Shown here in pieces: positions 51,835 through 62,218 of a stretch of 64,000 nucleotides of DNA. The stretch lies in contig CAVTUQ010000009.1 of the NCBI GenBank assembly GCA_963737905.1, forward strand, positions 215,738 through 279,737, written 5' to 3'. The notes beneath the pieces were generated by a model. The model was given only the letters and a program-made list of their open reading frames with translations, was not told the origin of the DNA and made no database searches. The stretch comes from an uncultured delta proteobacterium. GTDB lineage: Bacteria; Desulfobacterota; Binatia; UBA9968. The translations under genes were made by a program, and so were the position numbers. How positions within the stretch are numbered: the first letter of the stretch is position 1; each line of letters opens with the position of its first letter.

Positions 51835-53631
51835 ATGACCGACAACTCTCCAGCTCTCCGGTCCTGTAACTCCCGACGCGCGAGTCTGGTTTCCGCCGGG
51901 CGCGCGAGAAAGTTTCCCTTTTTCATCCTCTTTGCTTTGTTCTTTGCGTCATGTATCGGCGATAAGCACGAAGTTGCGCAGTCGTTTTTCGATCCTCGTC
52001 CACCCGCCGAATGGGTTCTCATGAACGGTAAAGTGGTAACGGTGGATTCTTCCTTCTCGATCAAAGAAGCGGTTGCGATCAAGAACGGTCGCTTCGTCGC
52101 GGTGGGAACGGACAGTGAAATGCGCCGCTGGATCGGACGCAATACGGCCGTGGTGAATCTCGCTGGCCGCACGGTGATTCCCGGGCTCATTGACTCGCAT
52201 ATGCATGCGACGGTGGCGGGTCTCAGTTGGAATTCCGAATTGCACTGGGAGTCGGTACGATCTCTGGCCGACGGATTGAAACAGGTCGAGGCCGCAACGA
52301 GAGCCAAACCTCCAGGGACGTGGATCGTTGTCGGTGGCGGCTGGGCTCCCACCCAATTTTCCGAGAAACGTCTGCCCACACGTGCTGAACTAGACGACGT
52401 CGCGCCGAAACATCCGGTCTATATACAGTATCTACGACAAGCGGCCGTGCTGAACAGCGCCGGTCTGGCTGCCGCAGGAATCGATAATGGAGCGGCGGAT
52501 CCGCAGGGCGGAAAGTTCGAGCGTAATCCGTCCAGCGGAGGGCTGACGGGAGTGCTGCAAGGCATGCCGGCGTGGGAAGTTGCCTATGCCAAGATCCCAC
52601 GGCCGACCTTGGAACAGATACGGCAGAGTCTTCGCAATTGCTTTCGGGAGTTGAACCGCATGGGCCTCACGTCCGTGGGCGATCTGCAGACTGGCGGCGT
52701 AACGTTTGCGCATCGGCGGTTGCTTGGGGACATGGCCAATCGCGGCGAGCTTAGCCTGCGGCTTGACTACTATGTGGTACCCAACGGTCCGGGCGATGAG
52801 CTTGAGCAACTACGCACAGCCGCGGAGGAAATCAAGCAGTTGCCTTCCAACGATATGTTTCGTTTTGCCGGATTCGCCGAGACGTTGATACAGGGCACTG
52901 GCGATGGCGATGTGCTGTCGAACCCCAAGGGGATTATGATGGAAGTCGAGGCGAAGGAAAAGCTTCGCAAGCTTCTGCGCTTCTTTGCCGAAGCGGGTTA
53001 TAATTTTCACCTTGATGCGACGCAGGACAATACCGCCACGCAATTACTCACGGTTATCGAAGAGGTCAACCGGGAGACACCTTTTTCCCGGCAGCGAATC
53101 GCTTTCGCCCATCTCGAAGACGTTACACCCGAAACCATCGCGCGTATCAAAAAACTCGGTGGCGGAGTCTCGGTGCAGGATCGCATGGTGCTCACCGGCG
53201 AACACAACATCGAACTTTGGGGACAGTCAAAGGCGCGCAATGCGCCGCCCCTGAGAACCCTCCTCGATTCCGGCGCGCCGCTCGGCGCCGGCACCGATGC
53301 ATTTCGTTCGGGGAACTACTCGCCGATACTGTGCCTGTGGTGGTTGATCACGGGAAAAAGCATTGCGGGCATTCCTATTCGTGATCGCAGCCAGAACGTG
53401 ACACGAGCGGAGGCGCTCCGCATGTATACAATGGGCAGCGCCTGGTTTACGTTCGCTGAAAAACACAAAGGTTCCATCGAAGCCGGAAAATTAGCGGACC
53501 TGGCGGTTCTGAACGCCGATTACTTAATGGTGCCCGAGGACCAGATCCGCTCCATCGAGTCGGTTCTGACCATGGTTGGAGGCCGGGTGGTCTATGCCGC
53601 GAGTCCCTTTTCGGGCCTCGGGCCAAAGTAA
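51835..53631 (+). CDS. Amidohydrolase_3 (YtcJ-like)
   Basis: NGKVVTVD, VIPGLIDSHMH, GAGTD, EALRMYT, KGSIEAGKLADLAVL. Confidence 0.9.
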   Translation: MTDNSPALRSCNSRRASLVSAGRARKFPFFILFALFFASCIGDKHEVAQSFFDPRPPAEWVLMNGKVVTVDSSFSIKEAVAIKNGRFVAVGTDSEMRRWIGRNTAVVNLAGRTVIPGLIDSHMHATVAGLSWNSELHWESVRSLADGLKQVEAATRAKPPGTWIVVGGGWAPTQFSEKRLPTRAELDDVAPKHPVYIQYLRQAAVLNSAGLAAAGIDNGAADPQGGKFERNPSSGGLTGVLQGMPAWEVAYAKIPRPTLEQIRQSLRNCFRELNRMGLTSVGDLQTGGVTFAHRRLLGDMANRGELSLRLDYYVVPNGPGDELEQLRTAAEEIKQLPSNDMFRFAGFAETLIQGTGDGDVLSNPKGIMMEVEAKEKLRKLLRFFAEAGYNFHLDATQDNTATQLLTVIEEVNRETPFSRQRIAFAHLEDVTPETIARIKKLGGGVSVQDRMVLTGEHNIELWGQSKARNAPPLRTLLDSGAPLGAGTDAFRSGNYSPILCLWWLITGKSIAGIPIRDRSQNVTRAEALRMYTMGSAWFTFAEKHKGSIEAGKLADLAVLNADYLMVPEDQIRSIESVLTMVGGRVVYAASPFSGLGPK

Positions 53632-53697
53632 CCAATCTTTCATATCGTCCGGCCCTTGGCCGTAAGTACAATTGAGACAAGGCGCCAATAAAAACGA

Positions 53698-53728
53698 CAG
53701 GGCCCGAGTCCTAGGTCCTCGGGCCCTG
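53698..53728. terminator. Hairpin between convergent genes
   Basis: CAGGGCCCGAG-9 nt-CTCGGGCCCTG with an A-run on the left, i.e. a U tract for the minus strand. Confidence 0.6.
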
Positions 53729-53795
53729 CGCGACCTTCCAGCTGATGTCGAACCTAGTTGTGTTGCGAAGGTCAAACTGTTTGATTGCAAGCGTG

Positions 53796-54260
53796 CTAAT
53801 GCGTCCCGGTAGCCAAATTTTTTACTTTCCTCGACCGATAGGAAATAATAAGGCGCGCGCCGATTAGAGCCAAACCAATAAGCAGAAAGAAGCGAGGTCC
53901 GGGAGCGTTCCCCGCATCGATTACCGGATTTCTAAGTGCCTGCGCTCTGGCGGATCCTGGGTCGGTATTGGATGGCGTGCTTCCCGACACTGCGGCCTGG
54001 ACGTCAATGCCACCTGCGAGATCCGCGGATTGAACCACACCGATGGGGTAAGAAGAGGTGAAGCTCCGAGTGCGGACCTCCGATGCCTTGGTATGGCTGA
54101 ACGTGGCTAACCGTTTATGACTTTCGCAATTGCTGGAACAATCTTGATTTTGGGCTACGGAAGAAGCCGGTAGCGGACTCGCCAGAGAAAAAACCGATAA
54201 GAGTACCGAGAAGATTAGTAAGCAATATTTGCGTTTGATTCTTGCCATAGCTGTTTTCAT
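53796..54260 (-). CDS. Exported hypothetical protein with C-terminal membrane anchor
   Basis: Signal peptide (RIKRKYCLLIFSVLLSVFSLA), S/T-rich middle, APGP + TM helix + RSRK. Confidence 0.6.
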   Translation of the reverse strand: MKTAMARIKRKYCLLIFSVLLSVFSLASPLPASSVAQNQDCSSNCESHKRLATFSHTKASEVRTRSFTSSYPIGVVQSADLAGGIDVQAAVSGSTPSNTDPGSARAQALRNPVIDAGNAPGPRFFLLIGLALIGARLIISYRSRKVKNLATGTH

Positions 54261-54501
54261 CAATGCTTCGGTTAACCCGATGTCGTGTTTCGATCGCAAC
54301 GAGATTTCGCACACGGCGTAGCAAAGGTCATACCGTCGACTGGAAAAGTGTATCTGCCCGTGACGATCAAACAAGTGGAAACGGAATTCTCCAATAACGT
54401 GCAAAGCTGTTTCATATGCATCACAGAGAAAGTCGATCCCAATTTCATCTGCCAAATCTTTCCATCTTAGATTCCGCTTTCACCATCGAGGCGCTAAAAT
54501 A

Positions 54502-54533
54502 GAAAGGCCAGACTTCTAAGAATCTGGCCTTTC
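54502..54533 (-). terminator. Intrinsic terminator
   Basis: GAAAGGCCAGA/TCTGGCCTTTC stem followed by TATTTT on the minus strand. Confidence 0.7.
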
Positions 54534-54618
54534 GCCACTGAACGAGCATTGTTCAGTGGAGCCGCTATCCCGGGGGAGCTTGCTGAAGGAGGCAGCACGG
54601 GAAGCGGCGAACTCGCAA

Positions 54619-54816
54619 CTAATTTAGCTGAGTTCTTTCCGATGCTTGGTACCATCTGACTCGGCGAAGACGACGCTGGAAATAAGTATTTTTTGGCCAG
54701 TCCCAACTGCGGTTCGGTAGCTGTTCCCCTATATAAAGCGCTCCGTTCACTTTGCTTTGAGAAAAGACCAGCTGCCAAAAACTCGGTTTCTCTAATTCTC
54801 TTTCACTAGCTTTCAT
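54619..54816 (-). CDS. Hypothetical 65-aa protein
   Basis: Strong RBS AAGAGGAGG before the ATG; terminator downstream. Confidence 0.55.
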   Translation of the reverse strand: MKASERELEKPSFWQLVFSQSKVNGALYIGEQLPNRSWDWPKNTYFQRRLRRVRWYQASERTQLN

Positions 54817-55249
54817 TATGGGTTCCTCCTCTTAATTGCATACATTAGTTGCCGCCTTGGACATTGGAAAAAGGCGGATAAACTATCGTATTTTCATGCA
54901 AACAGGTAATTTGTTTGTAGAATCAAGCTTTTTTCTGAAGAGAGCAGGAGACATGCCATGCTTTCCCATCCATCCGAGGCATCCCATGTCCGGATTTTTC
55001 TTGCGCGATTCCCAAAACGGCGCAGGGCGGTTTTGACCCGTCTCAGAGCAATGGAATCTAATCGGTCAAAGTTGCCAGGAGCTTGCGAAAACCCAAACTC
55101 ATGCTAAACATGTAAACTGTCTTGACAGGTTCGATTATGCTCGACTTCATGACACCAAAGGAGTGAAGATTTTTTCACGTTGAGGATGTCGCGGTCTTAA
55201 AATTGCGCGGCGGACAATTCGAAGTAATCTATGTTGAGGCGGTGACTCG

Positions 55250-57698
55250 ATGAATGCAAAAATTGCACGATTGGACTCCCGACGAGATACCGAGGCGATC
55301 GAATGGGCAGATGAATTACGCGAAACCGAGGCTTGGTTTCAAAACCCGCGATTCCAGGAAATCACGCGTCTTCATACGCCTTTCGAAGTCGTCGCGTTGC
55401 GTGGGAACACCCGCGAAGATCACACAGTGGCCCGGCAGTCGGCTGTGAAGATGTATGACTATCTGCAGCGATTATTTCGAGAAGGCCTGCAAGAAATCAC
55501 CTACGGTCCTTTCTCGCCCACCGGGGCAGTGCGAGCCGTCATGGAAGGAATCAAGGTTCTCTATTTGGGAGGATGGAGCACTTCCGCGCGGGGCTCCGAT
55601 TCGGAGGACCCGGGTGCCGATTTGGCGAATTACGCTTTGGATCGGGTCCCCAAAGAAGGGGGCTCTTGGGTGCGTGCCTTGCTGCATCAGGATGAAGTGC
55701 AAAGATCCAACCGCATGAGAATGACCTCGGTGCAACGAAAAAAGACTGCCGCGATTGAATTCAGCCCACCGATGATCATTCCCGACGGGGACACGGGGCA
55801 TGGTGGGGAACATCACATTCGCAACCTGGTCAAAAAGTTTGTGGAGAACAAAATAGGCGCGATTCATATCGAGGACCAACGGGGGGGTTGTAAGGTCTGC
55901 GGTCACCAGGGACAAAAGGTTCTGGTCTCTACGGCGGAAATGATTTCCAGGCTCAATACGGCGAGGCTACAGTTCGATATCATGGGATCTGCCCGGCGTG
56001 ATCGTTGCCCGCACCGACTCCAACGACGCCACGGCGATCGATAGTGTGGAAGACGAGCGGGACCACCCGTTTATTTACGGGGCGACCAATCGGCGCATCG
56101 TCCCCTTTAAAAACGTCAGCCTGGCCGTGATCAAAACGTTTTACGAACACGGCATCAAGGAAATTAATGGACATCTGCTTCACAGAATTTCAGATAAAGC
56201 CTATCGAGAAGCGGAACAGTGGCTCAAGGAAGAGCGCCTTACAGCTCGAATTAATGACGCGCTCGACCGAATCAATAAAGAAACCGAATCCTTAAAAAAG
56301 CTGCGGCAGCAAGCGCGACGCCAAAAAAGGGGACAGAGGGACATTCGTGAGCAGCTGGCGGCCCTCGAAGTGATGGTGAAAAAGGTTACCGAGGAAATCG
56401 TGGATCACGTTCTGGCCGACATCCGGGAAGCATGGGCTCAAAAGGCGGGTCTAAAGACTTATGCTGAAGCGGTTGCGCAAGCGATGCAAGCGAAAGCGCC
56501 CGGCAAAGCGAGCGTCGAACGGTGGAAAAAATTTGCCGACTCGGTCTCCCACGAGGAAGCGCGTGAGCGTGCCGAGTCCATGGGGATCGACGTCTTCTGG
56601 AATTGGGACCTGCCGAGAACGCCGGAGGGTTTTTACGAGGTTACGGGCGGGCGCGATATGGCGACGGCAAGGGGCTTGGCGATGGCGCCGTTCGCCGATT
56701 TGGTCTGGCGAGAAACAGCCCAGCCCGACTTGGAAGACGATAAGGCGTGGGCGGACGCGATCCATGCCACTTTCCCAAAAAAGATGTTGGCTTATAACCT
56801 GTCGCCTTCTTGGAATTGGGATGCTTGGGGCTTTACGGATGACCAGCTGCGGAGCTTTGCCAGCGAATTGGGCAAGATGGGTTATGTCTATAACTTCATT
56901 ACTTACGCCGGTCATCAAACCGAAGCGCTTATGAACGGGCGCTTGGCGCGGGCGCTCAGAGAAGAGGGTGTGCTTGGCTTTGTCAGATTGATTCAACGTT
57001 CTTTGCGGCTTGCCAACGACCCCGCGCAGTATCCCCAGTCGTTTGTGGGTGGGGCGTGGGCCGATCGTTTTCGCCGGGCAGCCCGTGGAGCGTCGCTTAC
57101 CACATCGTCCATGGGTGGAAAGTCCACGGAAATGCAACATCGTAAGGCCGTCGAAGTGCCTACCAGCGTGCTCGAAAGATGGTTGCGCATATGGACGCAG
57201 TATTGGAGCGAGCAAGGTCTATTGGACAAAGGGGAGCTGAGCGTCGAGCTTAAAGAGTTATGGGCCGGATCCGAGCAAATGATGCTCAATGTTTTCGACG
57301 AAGCCCACGACAAGATCGCGGAGATTACGTTCCGGGTCGATAAGGACCGCGCCGGGCGAAAATATCTCGCCGTTAAAGACCAGAATACGGTTAAAAAGTA
57401 TCGCTCCCGGCGTCTGATGACGCTGATGCATTTTTTCCTGCTTCACCGCTACAAGATTGATCTTGTCTACTATGTGGCTCCGACACATGACAACCGCATG
57501 TCGGTTCAGCGCATGATTTACAATGGGATTTTCAGGCAGGCCCGAACAGACGATCCGAACATTATTGCTATCGAAGTCGACACGGCACGCGCCCAGAGAA
57601 TTTTCGCCAACGACGAGTCGATCAAACGGTTTGTTGCCAGGCAGCCGACGGGTGCAGGCCGCAGTGCCAGTGCTTCTGTGCGCGCGGCAGCAGGATAG
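55250..57698 (+). CDS. aceA: Isocitrate lyase, long ICL2-like form (one apparent extra base near 55988)
   Basis: YLGGW, DPGADLANY, DGDTGHGG, HIEDQ..KVCGH..KVLV, VARTD, MLAYNLSPSWNW, plus an extra C-terminal domain. Confidence 0.92.
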
Positions 57699-57943
57699 AC
57701 GAGGCCGGGCTGGTCAGCAACTCTTTTCGGGGAGTCAAGAAATCCGTTCCGTGGTTTTAGCTCTGCAGCCGGCTAGCCTGTGACTTGGGCGAGGTCCAAC
57801 GCGGCTGAACTTGGGTTTTTTCTCGTAGATCGCGGCCTTGGTTCAACGGGTCTTACTAGCGTTGAGCATACACCAACTCAGCGTGAAGGCATGCTTGCCA
57901 AGTTTTATTTTTCCGAGCAAAAATAGCGTACAGGAGAAAAACC

Positions 57944-60124
57944 ATGGCGAGTTCGGTCGAAATCGGTGGGCTAAGGGTTGATCCAGAGCTGTACGGTCTG
58001 GTTCGTGACGAGATCGCGCCCGGTACGGGCATCCGACCGGAAGCATTTTGGAGAGCCTTCGGCAAGATCGTTACGGATCTGGGTCCGAAGAATCGCTGGC
58101 TTTTGGATAAACGCAACGCGCTCCAGAAACGAATCGATGAGTGGTGCCTCGCGCGCCGTGGCCATACGATAAAGTTGGAGGAGTACAAAGAGTTTCTTTC
58201 CAAGATCGGCTACCGCGTTCCCGAAGGAGGGAAATTCAAGGTCACCACGGCCAATGTTGATCCAGAGATCACGCAGATTGCCGGAGCGCAGTTGGTGGTG
58301 CCGCTCGACAATGCGCGCTACGCTTTGAACGCGGCGAACGCCCGCTGGGGTAGCCTCTACGATGCCCTCTATGGCACCAATGTGATTCCGGAGGAGGATG
58401 GCGCGGAAAAGGGGGAGTCCTATAATCCCAGACGCGGAGCCAAGGTGATCGCTTACACCGAGGATTTTTTAGACAAGGCCGCAGGTCTAAAACGGGGAAG
58501 TTTTTCCGCCGTCGCACGATTTTTCCTCCGGCGCGTTGGCGGTAAAAAACAGCTAGCCGCGACGCTTAAAGACGGCAGCACCGTCGGTCTTGCGGACCCA
58601 CGCAAACTTCTAGGCTATCAGGAAAGCGACGGCGAGTTGAGCGCCATCTTGCTGAGCAATAACGGATCGCGCATTGAAATTCAGATCGATAGAAACCATC
58701 CCATCGGCAAGGCCCACCCCGCGGGCGTAAAAGACGTAATGCTGGAGGCCGCGATCACCACCATTGAGGACTGCGAAGATGCCGTGGCCGCGGTCGATGC
58801 CGCGGACAAGGTCACCGTCTATCGCCATTGGTGCGGCATCATGAAAGGAACGCTCGAAGCGACCTTCGATAAAAACGGTCGTCCGCTCACTCGTCGGCTG
58901 AATCCGGATAAGACCTTCGTCACGCCGGCCGGAGGCAAGCTTACCCTACCCGGGAGAAGTCTACTCCTGGTGCGAAACGTGGGCATACACATGTACACGG
59001 ATGCCGTAACGACGGCGGACGGGCGGGAAATTCCCGAGGGCTTTCTCGACGCTATGGTCACGGCGCTCGCTGCCATCCATGACCTCAAGGGAAAGGGAAA
59101 ATTCAGGAACAGCCTGAGGAGGAGCATTTATATCGTCAAACCCAAGCTCCACGGGCCGGAAGAAGTCGCGGCTACGGTGGAGCTGTTCGCACGGGTGGAA
59201 AAGGCGTTGGGCCTGAAGCCAAACACGCTCAAGATCGGCATCATGGACGAAGAGCGCCGCACGACCGTCAACCTCAAGGAGTGCATCAGAGCGGCGAAAG
59301 AGCGGATTGTCTTTATCAACACGGGGTTTCTAGATCGGACCGGCGACGAAATCCATACGAGTATGGAGTTGGGCGCGATGCTGCCGAAGGAAGAGATCAA
59401 AGCTCAGCCGTGGATCAAGGCTTACGAAGACTGGAACGTGGATATCGGCATCGAAACTGGACTGCGAGGCAAGGCCCAGATCGGCAAGGGGATGTGGACC
59501 ATGCCGGATGAGATGCGCGAGATGATGAGGACCAAGATCGCTCACCCGCAGGCGGGTGCGAATACCGCTTGGGTGCCGTCGCCCACCGCCGCTACGCTGC
59601 ACGCTATCCACTATCACTATGTCAATGTCGTCGCGAAGCAGTCGGAATTGGCCAAAAGGGGTCGCGCGAGCCTGGATCACATCCTGAGTCCGCCATTGTT
59701 GGACCGTGAACTCAAAACGGAAGAGATTCAGCGCGAGCTGGACAATAACGCGCAAGGCATTCTGGGTTACGTCGTTCGCTGGGTCGACCAAGGAGTCGGT
59801 TGCTCCAAAGTTCCGAACATCAACAACGTGGCCCTGATGGAGGATCGTGCAACGCTGCGGATTTCGAGTCAGCATATCGCCAATTGGTTACATCATGGTA
59901 TCGTCACGGAGGACCAGGTGAGGAAGACTTTCGAGCGCATGGCGGAAATCGTCGACCGGCAAAACAAGAGCGATCCCAATTATCGCAACATGGCGCCAAG
60001 TTTCGAACGGAGCATTTCCTTTCAGGCAGCGCTGGATCTGGTCTTCAAAGGACGAGAGGCCGAAAACGGTTACACCGAGCCGGTGCTTCACACGAGGCGA
60101 AAGCAGGTGAAGGCCGCAAGTTAG
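57944..60124 (+). CDS. glcB: Malate synthase G
   Basis: [72 protein letters not shown]. Confidence 0.97.
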   Translation: MASSVEIGGLRVDPELYGLVRDEIAPGTGIRPEAFWRAFGKIVTDLGPKNRWLLDKRNALQKRIDEWCLARRGHTIKLEEYKEFLSKIGYRVPEGGKFKVTTANVDPEITQIAGAQLVVPLDNARYALNAANARWGSLYDALYGTNVIPEEDGAEKGESYNPRRGAKVIAYTEDFLDKAAGLKRGSFSAVARFFLRRVGGKKQLAATLKDGSTVGLADPRKLLGYQESDGELSAILLSNNGSRIEIQIDRNHPIGKAHPAGVKDVMLEAAITTIEDCEDAVAAVDAADKVTVYRHWCGIMKGTLEATFDKNGRPLTRRLNPDKTFVTPAGGKLTLPGRSLLLVRNVGIHMYTDAVTTADGREIPEGFLDAMVTALAAIHDLKGKGKFRNSLRRSIYIVKPKLHGPEEVAATVELFARVEKALGLKPNTLKIGIMDEERRTTVNLKECIRAAKERIVFINTGFLDRTGDEIHTSMELGAMLPKEEIKAQPWIKAYEDWNVDIGIETGLRGKAQIGKGMWTMPDEMREMMRTKIAHPQAGANTAWVPSPTAATLHAIHYHYVNVVAKQSELAKRGRASLDHILSPPLLDRELKTEEIQRELDNNAQGILGYVVRWVDQGVGCSKVPNINNVALMEDRATLRISSQHIANWLHHGIVTEDQVRKTFERMAEIVDRQNKSDPNYRNMAPSFERSISFQAALDLVFKGREAENGYTEPVLHTRRKQVKAAS

Positions 60125-60143
60125 TTAACGGTGCGAGCATTGT

Positions 60144-60179
60144 CACCCCCATCTTAATCTTCCCCCGTCGAGGGGAAGA
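60144..60179. repeat. REP-like hairpin
   Basis: CACCCCCATCTTAA then TCTTCCCC-CGTCGA-GGGGAAGA just after the glcB stop; no U tract. Confidence 0.45.
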
Positions 60180-60284
60180 AAAAACTTCTTATCGTGAACC
60201 CTCGTCCACGTTGATCTTCCGCTAGATTGATTTCAGACGGAAGACTTCGGGCTCAAAGGCTGGAATTCCGCGCGCCTAGTCTAG

Positions 60285-60953
60285 CTACGCATAGGCGTCG
60301 TAGATACCGTCGAACTTGGCGATCTTGAAGCGGACCATGTGGCGCGCGCTGTCCTGCACGAGTTCGAGCTGGTGGTCGGTTTGTGCGTGACGCATGATGA
60401 CATCGGCGGCCATCTTCGTGTGCTCTTGGTCCGCGACGCTGTGTACGGTGAAAAACTGGAGCGCCTTGTTTTCGAGACCATAGTGTTTGCGCAACGAGTC
60501 GTTGAATTCCTCGGAATAGCGGCAAACCATGGTTTCATTGACCAGCGCCGAGGCGCGGTTTTCCGACGCGGAGCCCAACAACATGCCGTGAATGGTCTTA
60601 CTGGTGTGGGCGAGGCATTCAAAGACCGGAACCGCGTTTTCAAAGTCCGCTTCGGCTAAACCAATGGCCAGGCCGAACTTTTTGGCCAGGTCGGGATGAT
60701 ACTGCTCTTCATTTAGCTGATAGAGAAAATAGTTGAAGAGTTCGGGCTCGTGGCCGTTTTTTACCATGCAGAGAGCGAAACCCTTGAGCAGCGCCACGTT
60801 GTGAATGTAATGTTGAATCGCCCAACCCTGGAGCCGGCGCATCGATAGCTTTCCTTGCCGCAGTTCGCTGAAGTAGCGACTTTCCATGAGCTGATCGACC
60901 CCGGGTTGAATGATCTCTTTGAGAACTGAATCTACGAAGGCTTGGGTCGCCAT
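60285..60953 (-). CDS. Heme-oxygenase-like (PqqC/TenA/CADD-type) iron-containing redox protein
   Basis: WAIQHY, NEEQYH, NE, FFTVHSVADQEH, FDGIY; AGGAG RBS. Confidence 0.8.
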   Translation of the reverse strand: MATQAFVDSVLKEIIQPGVDQLMESRYFSELRQGKLSMRRLQGWAIQHYIHNVALLKGFALCMVKNGHEPELFNYFLYQLNEEQYHPDLAKKFGLAIGLAEADFENAVPVFECLAHTSKTIHGMLLGSASENRASALVNETMVCRYSEEFNDSLRKHYGLENKALQFFTVHSVADQEHTKMAADVIMRHAQTDHQLELVQDSARHMVRFKIAKFDGIYDAYA

Positions 60954-60968
60954 TTATTACTCCTTTCT

Positions 60969-61140
60969 CGGGCTGTTGAAAAAAGCCCATCCGCTTCGTT
61001 GCGCTCGATCTCCGCACTCCCGTGGGCTTATGGCGTATGGCTTATAGCGTAGGGTTCGGAAGTTCCAACTATATGCGATAAGCTATCAGCCATATGCTGA
61101 AATCCGCGCGCCTTGCACCTGGACTTTTTTGACCAGTCCG
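60969..61140. mobile_element. MITE-like element with imperfect terminal inverted repeats, carrying a nested heptamer hairpin
   Basis: Left CGGGCTGTTGAAAAAAGCCC against right reverse complement CGGACTGGTCAAAAAAGTCC (16/20). Confidence 0.6.
61025..61095. repeat. 71-bp heptamer hairpin, copy of 44775-44845
   Basis: 66/71 ungapped identity by eye. Confidence 0.9.
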
Positions 61141-61154
61141 AAAGCAGAACGCAG

Positions 61155-62111
61155 CTATTTTCTTTCCTTTAATACTTCATCGAGGAACGTGTAATCAATC
61201 ACCTTTTGAACCGGCACCGGCGTGGGAATCAATTTAGATGCGTAGGCCGTGTCATAGATCTCCTGAAAATCCTTGATGGCTATCTTGCCGTCCGATGTAA
61301 AGCCGTTCAGCCAGACGCGGTAGGATTCTTCGGCTACCTTGGGGGTTAAGTGCCATTTGTTTTGAATATAAGCGACCATCCACGTCTTTTCTTTACGGTT
61401 GAAGTCCATCGCCTCCAGGGTCGCTCGGATCACAGTTTTGACCTGCGCGGGCTCCTGCTTGAGTTTCGCCTCCCGGGTGGCGAGGCCGCCGGAGGCGGAG
61501 CGCATGTTGAATTCGGTTGCCGAAGCGAGCTCCCGATAACCCTTTTGCGTCATGACCACGTTATGCGGCAGTGAAAGCACGGCGGCGGCCACCGTGCCCT
61601 GGCTGAGGGATTGCACGCTGTTCGAGACCGAGCCGGTTTGAATGAAAGTGACTTGATCCGGGTTGACGCCTTTTTTCTTTACCAGGTCGCGGGTGACGAT
61701 GTCTTGCAAGGTCGCCAGCCGGTCCACGGCGACGGTTTTCCCTATCAGATCTTCCACGCGTCGTATCTCCGGATTGCCGATGAGCCAAAAAAGCGTCCGC
61801 TCGTGGGTGATCATGATTCCTTTAAAAGGCAAACCCCGCGCCGCAGCAACGAGAGGACTGGTGATGCCTGTCAAGTAATCGATCTCGCCGGCGACTAAGG
61901 CCGAGGTCTGTACCGCGCCGGCCATCTGGACCATGTCGACATCCAAGCCATGCTTTTTGTAGATGCCCGCGTCCTTGGCCACAAAGAAGGTAAGAAAAGT
62001 GAGGCTGAAAGCGGGATAGCCCATGCGGACTTTTTGGAGCCCCTGGGCGGAGGCCGGCTCGCACGCCATCAAAATCCAGAGCACCGAAGCCAAGAATTGG
62101 ATTCTTTTCAT
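61155..62111 (-). CDS. ABC substrate-binding protein, NMT1/SsuA/THI5-like
   Basis: AKDAGIYKKHGLD, ALVAGEIDY, VIDYTFLDEV. Confidence 0.87.
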   Translation of the reverse strand: MKRIQFLASVLWILMACEPASAQGLQKVRMGYPAFSLTFLTFFVAKDAGIYKKHGLDVDMVQMAGAVQTSALVAGEIDYLTGITSPLVAAARGLPFKGIMITHERTLFWLIGNPEIRRVEDLIGKTVAVDRLATLQDIVTRDLVKKKGVNPDQVTFIQTGSVSNSVQSLSQGTVAAAVLSLPHNVVMTQKGYRELASATEFNMRSASGGLATREAKLKQEPAQVKTVIRATLEAMDFNRKEKTWMVAYIQNKWHLTPKVAEESYRVWLNGFTSDGKIAIKDFQEIYDTAYASKLIPTPVPVQKVIDYTFLDEVLKERK

Positions 62112-62218
62112 GCCGGCGAGTCTATCGATTTTGACGGAGCGAGAACGATGGAATGAAAACCCGGTAACCGGCCGAGCATTGGCGGGGCCGGTTGCCGTGA
62201 ACAACGCGCGCACACTTA

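Noticed and set aside
53014-53016. Asp where YtcJ-like amidohydrolases usually have a metal-binding His (HLDATQD)
   Set aside because: Single-base difference in an error-prone sequence, and another His lies two residues earlier; cannot be judged without an alignment.
55970-56044. Programmed frameshift or split aceAa/aceAb
   Set aside because: No slippery site; same single-extra-base pattern as seven other sites; repair gives MGLPGVIVARTD.
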